A program made the position numbers and the translations under genes. From IMG/VR virus record IMGVR_UViG_3300020045_020772, positions 1 through 30,349 of that record: a DNA stretch of 30,349 bases; one strand, written 5' to 3'. This DNA comes from a virus (Duplodnaviria > Caudoviricetes). Below, one piece after another: positions 16,839 through 26,014 of the stretch (positions are counted from its first letter, which is position 1; every line of letters begins with the position of its first letter). The notes beneath the pieces are model-generated. The model searched no databases, had not been told where the DNA came from, and saw only the letters and a list, made by a program, of their open reading frames with translations.

Positions 16839-18269
16839 ATGGATGCCATTGACAGATTATTACGAACCATACGCGGGGTTAGCAAAAACAACCCGGTGAC
16901 ACACCTTCAGTTATCTGAAATCATTCGCCGACTTTGGAGCGATCAGGGAAAGATCATTCAAATCATCTACAATGAAATTATCAACAATACGACCAATATT
17001 TATCAGTCCATCAGCCAAATCATAGGCTCGAAACAGGCCGATAACCACCATGTTGTTCAAATCGAAGATACGGTCAATGTTTCTGAAACGGTTGTTTCTC
17101 CATGGTCAGTACTACCCTACAACCAACAAATGGGAGAATTTAAAGCCGTGGTAGCTGTGCGGAATAAAACAACAAATACCATCATTACTTTAATAAGTTT
17201 GTTAAGTTTCGACTATTCCGATGTAGTGCCGGCATTGATTCAAAACAATTTATTAACCGATGCAGCACTAACTTTAACCGTTGGAGTTGATGGTTCCAAT
17301 ATGCTTTATGCCACCGTCTCAGGAATGCCTGGCGATGCCAAGCGGATTCATTTCTGTTTAGAGCGGTGTGTGTTGAGTGAACGAGAATCGCCAATGACAG
17401 CAATAGGGATATTAGAACTGAATGAATCGGCAAATCTTACTAAATATATACTCGCACAAGCAAGCATTTCATTTAAATTAAATGGAATCGCAAACTTAAT
17501 TAATCTTGAAAAATCACTTCAGGCTTCGGTATTGTTGGGCTTAAATGGATTAGCCTCAATTTCAAAAGCTGGTTTATTTTCAAATGGTATTTGGCGGTTA
17601 TATGCAAATGCAAAATTAGCTCCAGTTTTTACAAACATTAATTATGGGTGTCTTTATCCTTTAGCTACAATTTTAGATTCAAGAAATATTGCTGCGCCAG
17701 GATGGCATCCTGAAACTGTTTCTGAATCAAATTATTTAAGAGATATAAATGGCTGGCATTATTCTAGACAAGGAGCAAATTTAAAAGAAACGGGAACTGA
17801 CCATTGGGTTGCCCCAAATACCGTTGCGTATAATTTATATGGATTTAATGCCAGAGGTTGTGGGTTTAGGGGTAATACCATTTACAGTGTTTTTCAAAGC
17901 ATTAAACAACATTATGCTGGTTGGATTGTCGGAAGTTCAGATTATAATTCATATTTCTTAACGGCCAATGAGGGTTATTATTCTGTAGGAAATGCGGCAA
18001 TTAATAACGGACAATCTATTCGGCTGGTAAAGGATTCTTCAACTCTTTATAATGGACAACATGGTGTCTATATCGGAAATGACGGTAAGATTTATGAAAC
18101 GATAAAAATAGGAGATATTGAAATTTTAGCACACGATTTAGCCGAAACGAAATTCCGTACAGGAGAAGATATTCCGGAAGTAACTCTTCAAGCCGATTGG
18201 GGTGCTGACGAGAATGAATCAAAATTATGTGCTTACGATAATGATTGGACTAATGTATTAACAATATAA
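16839..18269 (+). CDS. Tail-associated protein with Fib_succ_major (FISUMP)-like C-terminal domain; putative receptor-binding protein
   Basis: YGCLY...PGWH...LKETGTDHW..PN..A.N..GF.A..CGFR...G.SIRLVKD and GNDGKIYETIKIG motifs. Confidence 0.7.
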   Translation: MDAIDRLLRTIRGVSKNNPVTHLQLSEIIRRLWSDQGKIIQIIYNEIINNTTNIYQSISQIIGSKQADNHHVVQIEDTVNVSETVVSPWSVLPYNQQMGEFKAVVAVRNKTTNTIITLISLLSFDYSDVVPALIQNNLLTDAALTLTVGVDGSNMLYATVSGMPGDAKRIHFCLERCVLSERESPMTAIGILELNESANLTKYILAQASISFKLNGIANLINLEKSLQASVLLGLNGLASISKAGLFSNGIWRLYANAKLAPVFTNINYGCLYPLATILDSRNIAAPGWHPETVSESNYLRDINGWHYSRQGANLKETGTDHWVAPNTVAYNLYGFNARGCGFRGNTIYSVFQSIKQHYAGWIVGSSDYNSYFLTANEGYYSVGNAAINNGQSIRLVKDSSTLYNGQHGVYIGNDGKIYETIKIGDIEILAHDLAETKFRTGEDIPEVTLQADWGADENESKLCAYDNDWTNVLTI

Positions 18270-18279
18270 ATTTAAAATT

Positions 18280-18732
18280 ATGAACGCATCAGCTACTTTT
18301 TCAAACAATTTTCTAACGCATTTATTTCAGAATGCAGCAATTCCAGGCATTGGTGATTCAGCCGGATTATTATCATCGGTATTGGCTGGAAATTTATATC
18401 TACGACTCTGTACTGATTCTGTGGAAGTTGATAATTTTACAATAGGAGCAGAATGTGCATATACCGGTTATGTTGCAAAAGGGATTGCAGTTGCTAGGTC
18501 TGAAGATGATTGGGACGTGATCGACAATCAAGTATTAAATATCAATAATTTACTTTTTGGGGCATGTACAGTTGGCTCAGAAAATGTAAGATATGTTGAA
18601 ATATGGATGAATAATACAGGATCTACCGAAGTAGACCGCATCGCATGGGTACAGTTAACTGATGATTTAGCTGTAGAATCAGGTATTCAACCCAAATTTG
18701 CAGCTGAAGCGTTGGTATTTACTTTCGAATAA
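18280..18732 (+). CDS. Small tail-fibre/minor tail protein
   Basis: 150 aa; IGDSAGL....AGNLYLRLCT...E.AYTGY...AVARS pattern recalled from phage minor tail proteins. Confidence 0.65.
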   Translation: MNASATFSNNFLTHLFQNAAIPGIGDSAGLLSSVLAGNLYLRLCTDSVEVDNFTIGAECAYTGYVAKGIAVARSEDDWDVIDNQVLNINNLLFGACTVGSENVRYVEIWMNNTGSTEVDRIAWVQLTDDLAVESGIQPKFAAEALVFTFE

Positions 18733-18744
18733 TTAATGAACCCA

Positions 18745-18805
18745 CTTCGACATGCTACGCTGCTCAGTGGGCGGGTTGCTTACTGAGCAGCGCAGCGTGT
18801 CGAAG
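18745..18805. repeat. 24-bp inverted repeat of the CTTCGAC...CTCAG / CTGAG...GTCGAAG repeat type
   Basis: CTTCGACATGCTACGCTGCTCAGT ... ACTGAGCAGCGCAGCGTGTCGAAG, 22/24 complementary, intergenic. Confidence 0.8.
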
Positions 18806-18833
18806 GGAGCAGTCAAAACAAATTCAAATAGTT

Positions 18834-21644
18834 ATGTTCACACTCACCATCAACTCGCGCCAGCTTATACTCGACGAAGACTTTTCGCCAACCATGGTTT
18901 ATACCAATCCATGTTGGAAATTCGACGAAATACCCGGTCCGTTGGCCTTAGACATTACCATCCCGGATAACGATTTAAATCGTAATATTTTGGGGTTTCC
19001 CGGAAGGTTCGCGAAAAAGGCAAAGAGTAACGACCGAAAATTTAGCGGGGCTGAGTTGCGTAAGAATGGTTCGCTTTGGATATATGGCACGCTGGTACTT
19101 GGTAAACCATCTGATGGCGCTTACAGTGGTGTAATACAAAGTCAACAGCGAACACTAAGCGATGCTCAGTTGGAGAAATTGATTGGTGACCATTATTTTT
19201 TTGGAGAACAACCGTTTGTAAACAAGGCCAATTATGATCCTGATGTTGATTTGTATTGTACAATACAGGTACACAATGCAGGTTTTTGGGTCGATAAAGG
19301 CGCAACAGAGGACTACACTAATCCGGAGGGCGAAAAAACTACGCGAGAAATACTAACACGTAAGTTTGAAAATACTGCAGGTTATATGGTTAATGCCACC
19401 GATGTTGAAGGTATTAAAACAACGGTAACCGACGACCAGGTTATTGTTGTTAGTCCGTTCCCTTTTATAACAAGGCTCGTCGATCTGCTGCTCCGCGAAA
19501 ATAAATTCTTTATCCGTAATAGTTTTTTGAATGATGATGATATACTGAAAACACTGTGCCTTTACACCAATCATTCCATCTGCAAGAGCAACATGGATTT
19601 TATTCAGGCACTTTATAATCTGCCGTCTAATTATCATGTTTCGTTTGCCGATTTTTACAGCAACATCATGCTTTCTGTACTCAATGGACAGTCGTGGGCC
19701 ACTTCAACATTTAAGCTAAAGAAGATTTTACCAGCTCTAAAATTGAACGAACTGTTTTTATCAATTCAGAACGAAACCAATACATTTTTCCACTTTTCGG
19801 GAGTAAACGACGTTGATAATATCGACCGTGAAGGTTTATTCGATTTGCCAGCATTTGACTTGTCAAACTACCGTGTTTCAAAATGGCTGCCTGTAGAACG
19901 ACAAAACCTGATCCTGAACTTTAAATTTAATCACGATTCGGATGATCAGGAGTTCTCTGAAAATTTCACCGATTTATCGTCACGCGAAGAAGACATCAAG
20001 GATTCAGTCGATCAGTATGCCGATCTTTTGGAAGTCGGCATTTCGGTTATCGGTGAAATCAGATTGGTTAAGACCGAAAAAATGTATTACGAGTACCGAC
20101 AGGAAACCGTTGAAGAAAAAGATGTATTCATGTGGGCGCCATTAAGCATCGATCTTCAGAATTACAAGTACAACCGCAACGGAGATAACTCCGAAGATAT
20201 TGAGACTAAATTTTCAACACTTCGGATGCACGAAAATGGTTACCCAATTGCTTACCAGAAAGGCAATAATAGCCAGTTTGCACAATTCACCGAAAATTTC
20301 AGTCCGCGACTGCTATTTTATAACGGAAACAATACCGGAGGCGCAACAGCAACAAACGGCTTATCGCTCGAATGGAAAAGCCTGCTGACCAATCGCTGGA
20401 GGCGTACCGCGCCGTTTTATGCCAATGCCCTGATTGCCGAAGCTGATTTCCGTTTCCCTGGCAATATTTTTTACAAGGTTATGAACGAAATATACAAGCC
20501 ATTTGGCGATAAAGATGGTTCGTTCTTCATCAAAGAAATGCAGGTTCAGGGCGACAATTCGGAATACATCGATGCTACGCTTACCGTGTTTAAAAACGAG
20601 GATAATGTTTTCGATAACTCAACAGGTATTGTCGACGGAGGCGGCCAGCACGTAGGAGCTACATTTACACCGAAATTTATTGGCGTATCCGAAACCGGTT
20701 GGCCAATCTTGGTTACAGCTTCCGGATTATACCGTTCTATTCCGGTATTTGGCGATATTTCAACTATGGCTTTCGCCGCTCAGACTTGTGTTGATTATTC
20801 GCCTACCGACAAGTTACTTTTTGTTGGTGGAAACAATGGTCAGCTTCACATAGCCGATTTGTCCGACATGGACAACATCCGTTATAAAACCATTCAGATT
20901 TATTCTGCAACTGAAGAAATTTGTGGGGTTAGTCTGGTTGATAATGGAACCACCAAACTGGTGATGATTGGCAAAGGCACTAACCAGGTAAGCGCAGCGT
21001 ATGCACAGCCATATCACGCTGTTTTCGATGATTATGTCAGCAGCGAAGCAACGGCTACCGCCTCATTCGATCACGGAACCGGTTATGTGCGCAGCTTCCT
21101 GTTCTTCAATGGTTATTATTATGCAGCTACCAGCGAGGGAGAAGTATTCCGCACAGGCAATTTTGCAACTGTTTGGAGTCAATTAGCCGATATCGATGGT
21201 TACTCCGGATACAATGCTTCAATGATTCAGATCAAGCAAACTGCCAGTCGCATTTGGGTAGCCGAAGAACACGACGATTCGCTTTATGCGTTGAAGAGCA
21301 ATCCAACTGCCTATTCAAGATTTGGCGGATTAACAGGCTCAAAAAAACAGGCCGTTCGCCAAATACAACCACTTTTGTCCGATAAAATTATTTGGATGTG
21401 TGCCGATGATGGAGAATGTATCTGGATAGTAGATCCTGGAGTAAGTAATTCTAACATTACACCTTCAGGGATTAAGAGTGCTGGTGGCGCCTGTTTCGAT
21501 GGAACGAAATACGCTTACATCGGAGTTCGCGATACTTCGGGCTATACCAAAATTGCCCAGTACAATTGCGATATCCATTCACCGGAAGCGATGTGGAGCT
21601 ATTTAAATGTTTCGGTATTCTTTACTAAACTGTTTTTGTATTAA
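18834..21644 (+). CDS. Large tail/baseplate protein, possibly with C-terminal beta-propeller
   Basis: 936 aa; N-terminus like tail hub proteins (IPDNDLNRNILGFP); C-terminal ~330 aa has blade-like repeats (LFVGGNNGQL, YYAATSEGEVFRT). Confidence 0.65.
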   Translation: MFTLTINSRQLILDEDFSPTMVYTNPCWKFDEIPGPLALDITIPDNDLNRNILGFPGRFAKKAKSNDRKFSGAELRKNGSLWIYGTLVLGKPSDGAYSGVIQSQQRTLSDAQLEKLIGDHYFFGEQPFVNKANYDPDVDLYCTIQVHNAGFWVDKGATEDYTNPEGEKTTREILTRKFENTAGYMVNATDVEGIKTTVTDDQVIVVSPFPFITRLVDLLLRENKFFIRNSFLNDDDILKTLCLYTNHSICKSNMDFIQALYNLPSNYHVSFADFYSNIMLSVLNGQSWATSTFKLKKILPALKLNELFLSIQNETNTFFHFSGVNDVDNIDREGLFDLPAFDLSNYRVSKWLPVERQNLILNFKFNHDSDDQEFSENFTDLSSREEDIKDSVDQYADLLEVGISVIGEIRLVKTEKMYYEYRQETVEEKDVFMWAPLSIDLQNYKYNRNGDNSEDIETKFSTLRMHENGYPIAYQKGNNSQFAQFTENFSPRLLFYNGNNTGGATATNGLSLEWKSLLTNRWRRTAPFYANALIAEADFRFPGNIFYKVMNEIYKPFGDKDGSFFIKEMQVQGDNSEYIDATLTVFKNEDNVFDNSTGIVDGGGQHVGATFTPKFIGVSETGWPILVTASGLYRSIPVFGDISTMAFAAQTCVDYSPTDKLLFVGGNNGQLHIADLSDMDNIRYKTIQIYSATEEICGVSLVDNGTTKLVMIGKGTNQVSAAYAQPYHAVFDDYVSSEATATASFDHGTGYVRSFLFFNGYYYAATSEGEVFRTGNFATVWSQLADIDGYSGYNASMIQIKQTASRIWVAEEHDDSLYALKSNPTAYSRFGGLTGSKKQAVRQIQPLLSDKIIWMCADDGECIWIVDPGVSNSNITPSGIKSAGGACFDGTKYAYIGVRDTSGYTKIAQYNCDIHSPEAMWSYLNVSVFFTKLFLY

Positions 21645-21647
21645 ATC

Positions 21648-21683
21648 TGTCCTTTCTGAAATTATCAACCAATTATACATTTG
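21648..21683 (+). promoter_or_regulatory. Putative late promoter TGTCCTTT-N20-TACATTTG
   Basis: Motif with a perfect TAnnTTTG, upstream of the 156-aa/692-aa pair. Confidence 0.8.
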
Positions 21684-21711
21684 ACCATACATAAACTCAA
21701 AAAAATACGCC

Positions 21712-22182
21712 ATGGATCAGCTCCGAAGACAAAATTTAAAAATAACCAGACCGGCGAATACCACAGTGTATTCAGACAATGACGTAATTGCCGATGTTAC
21801 TGAAGCATTGATCAAATTTATCCTTAGTGAAAACGAAGCAGGGAAAAACATCAACATCATTAATTTGAAAGCTTTTACTAATGATACTGGTCTTGCTGGG
21901 AAAACGATTGACATCCATTTTTACAACGATGCTATTACTCCAATTGCCGATAATGCAGCTATGGTCATTTCTGCAGTAAATGAGTTGAAACGTGAAGGTA
22001 TTTTATCACTGACTTTTGGTACCGGAGTAAAAGCAGCTGTTGCTCAGGATTTATTCACTAATCTGGTGATTTTGCCGATTCCATTTTCTATTCCTGTTCA
22101 AGTATCATTACCGGCAGGTTATACTCCATCGGCAAACAATACCTACATCATTTTGAAGATCGGTTATATTTTATCAAACTAA
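21712..22182 (+). CDS. Putative virion structural protein
   Basis: 156 aa, beta-rich, ITRPANTTVYS..DVI motif. Confidence 0.7.
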   Translation: MDQLRRQNLKITRPANTTVYSDNDVIADVTEALIKFILSENEAGKNINIINLKAFTNDTGLAGKTIDIHFYNDAITPIADNAAMVISAVNELKREGILSLTFGTGVKAAVAQDLFTNLVILPIPFSIPVQVSLPAGYTPSANNTYIILKIGYILSN

Positions 22183-22186
22183 GGTT

Positions 22187-24265
22187 ATGAGCTTACTTTT
22201 AGAATATAATGAACGACTAAAAAGGGTTCGACAAGGGACAAATACGAGCATCCCGCTAAAGTCGGATGCCTTATTTTGGCTTGATGGTACGATTTCGGGG
22301 AATACATTTGTTGACAAATCAGGCAACAACAGAAATTTTACCATAACAGGAAAAGACTTTGTGAGTAATTGGACTAAAGGCTTTCCATACAAATCGACTG
22401 CAACGATCAGTGCGCCGGTAGGTGATGCTACTTTGATTGCAGCCGATGTGAATAATTTTCTTTATACCGCCGGAACTCCAAATCAAATTCCAGTTGTTTC
22501 ATTTTTTCAGGATATTGACTATGTACATAAGTTATTCTGCCGTCACGCATCTCAGATAGTCGACGCTAATGGAGTTGAGACATATGAGGCAAGGGTAATG
22601 GAAATAGTGCTTTACGTAAATGCTAAAACAGGCGCAGATTTAACGACCTGTCAGACTTATTATAGTGTAACAACAGAAGTGGTTACCGCTGTAAGATGGA
22701 TTGATCCGATTAATGGAAACAATACAACCGGAACAGGAAGTAAGATTGCACCGTGGAAATCGCTTGATAAGGCCAGAACGGCAGGAGTAGATAATGAAAC
22801 TGTATATATGCGATCTGGTGAAGATGCTTATGCGCTCAATCCATTCTATCCGACAAAACTTCAAGATTTCATTGCAACAGGTCGTTTTTTGATTTCAGGA
22901 ACAACAGGCACTCAATTGATCAGTACTTATGTAGCTAAAACATGGCAAGGTTTGCAGATGAGTTGTGCTAAAACTTATGTATTTTTATTTGCATCAGCCG
23001 CTACCGGAAACTTAAGAATCAATAGATGTAAGATTGATTCAACAGGTGGTTATTTATCCGCAATCAACAGTTTGACCGGAAATGTGTATCTGACTAATTG
23101 TGTTATTCCTCACCCAACTACTTTATTTGCTTTCAATCCTCAAAACACGACTGAGATTTTAAATAACTACATTGAAAACTTCAATTGCACGGTAACTAAA
23201 GTAGGCACATCACTTAAAATCAACAACAATAAAATAAAAGTTTCTATCACTGCGCCAGCGAATGCCTTATTTACCAACACCCGGAGTACGTTTCAGTTTA
23301 TTGGAAATATTGTAAATTCTATTGCAACAAATGGGTTTTCAGCGTTTAGAACATTGCCAGATGGTACTGACCAGATGGATAATGGCAAAGTCAATTACAA
23401 CTACTTAGCAACAGCCTTGCAGTCTGGATTCATTGTTAATCTAGGTAACGAGGCGGCTTATGTCAATATACATGACAATACAGAAATAATTGGAAATCGA
23501 ATGATTGGTGGATATTTGGCTGCTCCTTCAGTTGAAGGGTCATTGCATGGCTTAATTGCAGGTTGTGGAATTAACAATATTATTAAATACAATTTCATTA
23601 GTCATTGTCGTTTCGGATTAGTAGTTAAAACAGGTACTCAACAGGCTTACACTTCGGGCGGAGTTTCTTACAATTTGCTGAGAAACAATGTAGATGGAAT
23701 TTACTTTAGAGGCGTAGGTGGTGCAAAATGCTACAACAACACAATCATTAATGATGTTGCTATTTCGGCTCGTGAATTTTTAGCTTGTGTAAATTGCGAT
23801 GAAAATTCAGTGCTACCAGGTAATTATTCGGAGAATATAATTATCAGAAACAACATCATGATTTGTACCGCTCCAACATCTGTGCTGATTAAGTTAGATG
23901 TCCATGCCGCCGCAAATGGTTGTACCTCTGATTATAATATCTTTTACTCAACAAAAGCAAAACCGTTTATAATCGGAAACGCAGGTAATGAAAAAACGTG
24001 GGTCGAGTGGCAGGCATTAGGTTATGACACTCATTCAATCATGCTTACCACTTTAGATCAAGTAAGAGCCCTATTTACCGATTTTGATAATGGTGATTTT
24101 ACATTAAAATCGGGGAGTCAGGCGATAGGTAGCGGAGTTGATTTAGGAGTTAATTATAATACTGGATTGGCAGCATCCACATCGTTTGGCAGTAGCGAAA
24201 AAGTGCCTGTAATTGCAACCAAACAACAGAGTGCTAGTTGGGATATTGGAGCATACATACATTAA
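22187..24265 (+). CDS. Right-handed beta-helix protein; putative tailspike/depolymerase
   Basis: WIDPINGNN..GTGS..APWKSL start motif, Asn/Ile-rich parallel beta-helix repeats (YNNTI, IRNNI, SDYNIFY), C-terminal DFTLKSGSQAIGSG...DIGAY. Confidence 0.75.
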   Translation: MSLLLEYNERLKRVRQGTNTSIPLKSDALFWLDGTISGNTFVDKSGNNRNFTITGKDFVSNWTKGFPYKSTATISAPVGDATLIAADVNNFLYTAGTPNQIPVVSFFQDIDYVHKLFCRHASQIVDANGVETYEARVMEIVLYVNAKTGADLTTCQTYYSVTTEVVTAVRWIDPINGNNTTGTGSKIAPWKSLDKARTAGVDNETVYMRSGEDAYALNPFYPTKLQDFIATGRFLISGTTGTQLISTYVAKTWQGLQMSCAKTYVFLFASAATGNLRINRCKIDSTGGYLSAINSLTGNVYLTNCVIPHPTTLFAFNPQNTTEILNNYIENFNCTVTKVGTSLKINNNKIKVSITAPANALFTNTRSTFQFIGNIVNSIATNGFSAFRTLPDGTDQMDNGKVNYNYLATALQSGFIVNLGNEAAYVNIHDNTEIIGNRMIGGYLAAPSVEGSLHGLIAGCGINNIIKYNFISHCRFGLVVKTGTQQAYTSGGVSYNLLRNNVDGIYFRGVGGAKCYNNTIINDVAISAREFLACVNCDENSVLPGNYSENIIIRNNIMICTAPTSVLIKLDVHAAANGCTSDYNIFYSTKAKPFIIGNAGNEKTWVEWQALGYDTHSIMLTTLDQVRALFTDFDNGDFTLKSGSQAIGSGVDLGVNYNTGLAASTSFGSSEKVPVIATKQQSASWDIGAYIH

Positions 24266-24300
24266 ACTTTAGGACTATTTGAACCAAAAAAGATTAAATT

Positions 24301-24338
24301 AAAACCACTCAGTTTAGCAATAAATTGAGTGGTTTTTT
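24301..24338 (+). terminator. Intrinsic terminator
   Basis: AAAACCACTCAGTTTA-GCAA-TAAATTGAGTGGTTTTTT. Confidence 0.85.
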
Positions 24339-24399
24339 GTATTTTAGACTTGAAGAAATTACGAAACTTCCATTTAAAAATTATTTATACATTTGAGGC

Positions 24400-24467
24400 A
24401 TCGCCTTAAGTGTTTCGGGCATTTGTGCCTGACGGTCTTCGTAAACCGCTTCAATACTTAGGGCGAT
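24400..24467 (+). ncRNA. Three-way-junction structured leader RNA upstream of the recombinase
   Basis: 15-bp closing stem ATCGCCTTAAGTGTT/AATACTTAGGGCGAT (2 G-U) encloses TCGGGCA/TGCCTGA and CGGT/ACCG hairpins; TACATTTG -7 element at 24388-24395. Confidence 0.6.
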
Positions 24468-24493
24468 ACTTTATTAACAGAAGGAATTACGAA

Positions 24494-25477
24494 ATGAACA
24501 CTGCTTTAAAATTAGTACACAACGCCAACGGCAAACGTGACTACATCAATCGACTGATCCAGTCGGAACCGAAAACCGGAGTTTTATTTGTTGATTTTAT
24601 TGACCAGACCGTCTTGAGAAAGGCAAAGCGGATGGGCGCCAGTTACGTAAAAGGGTACAACACCCTAGTCAATCACCTAAAAGCTTTTTCTGAAGAGTAC
24701 GAAGCCGATATCTTCACCAATAGCGTTGGTGAAGACTTCATGGATGACTTTATACTTTATCTGCAGGAGAAGGACCTGAGACAAACCTACATTATCACGT
24801 TGCTTTCCCTGGTTAAGGCGATGGCTGCCAAAGCTGCGAAATATGGCTATGCCGTTGATTCCAGTTACGACGATGTAACAGTTGATCCTGAAGAGATTTT
24901 CACAGTTTACCTTTCGATGAACGAAATCACCCGGATTTATTACTTCAAAGGACTTACCAAAAAACAGGAACGAATCCGTGATCTATTCATCGTTGGGTGC
25001 CTTACCGCGCTTCGTTATTCCGACTACTCTACATTGACAAAGGAAAACTTTACGAAAGATTACATTGTCAAAATCACGAAGAAAACAGGCAAAAAAGTAA
25101 CCATTCCGCTACACAAATACGTGCGTTAAATTTACACGAAGTACGACGGTGAAGTATCTCCTGGGCTCAGTATCCAGCACTTTAATCGGTACATCAAAAA
25201 GATTTGTCAGCGGGTTGGTTTTACTGAAGAAATTGTATTCCACTATACCAAAGGCGGTAAATTGGTCACTGATACAAAACAGTTGTGGGAGATGATCAGC
25301 AGCCATACTGCCCGGCGCAGCGCAGCGACTAATCTCTATCAAACGGGTCGGATCAAAACCTACGAGATTATGGCACTGACTGGCCACACGACAGAGAAAA
25401 GCTTTTTCCGGTATATCCGGACATCGGACGAAGATAAAGCCAGGCAAATCGCCGGAGACAATTTCTTCAGGCATTAA
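24494..25477 (+). pseudogene. Tyrosine recombinase interrupted by a single in-frame TAA (25127-25129)
   Basis: TALRYSD, TKKT before the stop; same frame continues IYTKYDG...SHTARRSAATN..LTGH..FFRYI; likely start ATG 24494. Confidence 0.85.
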
Positions 25478-25484
25478 ACTTCAG

Positions 25485-25509
25485 AAAAGCGGCTTCGGTC
25501 GCTTTTTTT
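25485..25509 (+). terminator. Intrinsic terminator
   Basis: AAAAGCGGC-TTCG-GTCGCTTTTTTT. Confidence 0.85.
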
Positions 25510-25544
25510 GTCCTTTCCTGACCTGATATCAGGGATTAAGTTTG
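25509..25544 (+). promoter_or_regulatory. Putative late promoter TGTCCTTT-N20-TAAGTTTG
   Basis: Motif with a perfect TAnnTTTG, upstream of the lysis operon. Confidence 0.8.
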
Positions 25545-25557
25545 AAATAAAAACGAC

Positions 25558-26010
25558 ATGGACGAATACTTATCATTCCCGGCTCTTGTAAAAGGCATTT
25601 GGGAAATCTTCTGCGGAATGCTTGGCACCATTATCGGTTATTTTCTACCTGTAAAAGATATGGTGAATTTTATTGTACTGCTTTTTGTAATAGATGTTTT
25701 TATGGGCTATTTGGCCGCTCATAAGTTACGTGGCGAGAAATTCAGCACCCGAATAATCTGGAGAACCACAATGCCTCGAATGTTAGTTTCAGTGCTTCTT
25801 ATTGTTATCGCATACATGTGGGATGATGTTTTTAAACAAGACATGTTGCAGACCTATAACCTTGTAGGTTGGTTTATTGGCGGTGTACTTATTTTCTCTA
25901 TTGCCAAGAATGGTTATAAGATTACAAGCTGGGAGATATTTACTTTAATCGGAAATCTATTTCAGAAAAAGATTAAGGACCAGACTGGAGTTGATATCGA
26001 TAAAAATTGA
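25558..26010 (+). CDS. Phage holin family protein
   Basis: 150 aa, 3-4 hydrophobic segments, charged C-terminus, upstream of the endolysin. Confidence 0.75.
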   Translation: MDEYLSFPALVKGIWEIFCGMLGTIIGYFLPVKDMVNFIVLLFVIDVFMGYLAAHKLRGEKFSTRIIWRTTMPRMLVSVLLIVIAYMWDDVFKQDMLQTYNLVGWFIGGVLIFSIAKNGYKITSWEIFTLIGNLFQKKIKDQTGVDIDKN

Positions 26011-26014
26011 ACCC

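Noticed and set aside
16839-18269. Diversity-generating retroelement targeting the FISUMP-like domain
   Set aside because: No reverse transcriptase and no TR/VR repeat pair with adenine-specific mismatches seen in the window; it could lie outside.
18752-18970. 72-aa ORF and the many 60-120-aa antisense or out-of-frame ORFs in the track (e.g. 831-1019, 3133-3381, 13357-13623, 25109-25474)
   Set aside because: They overlap longer well-supported genes or hairpins and show no recognisable motifs; conservation between copies is explained by the sense gene.
25127-25129. Stop-codon reassignment (alternative genetic code)
   Set aside because: TAA terminates most genes in the window, and no other gene is interrupted this way.
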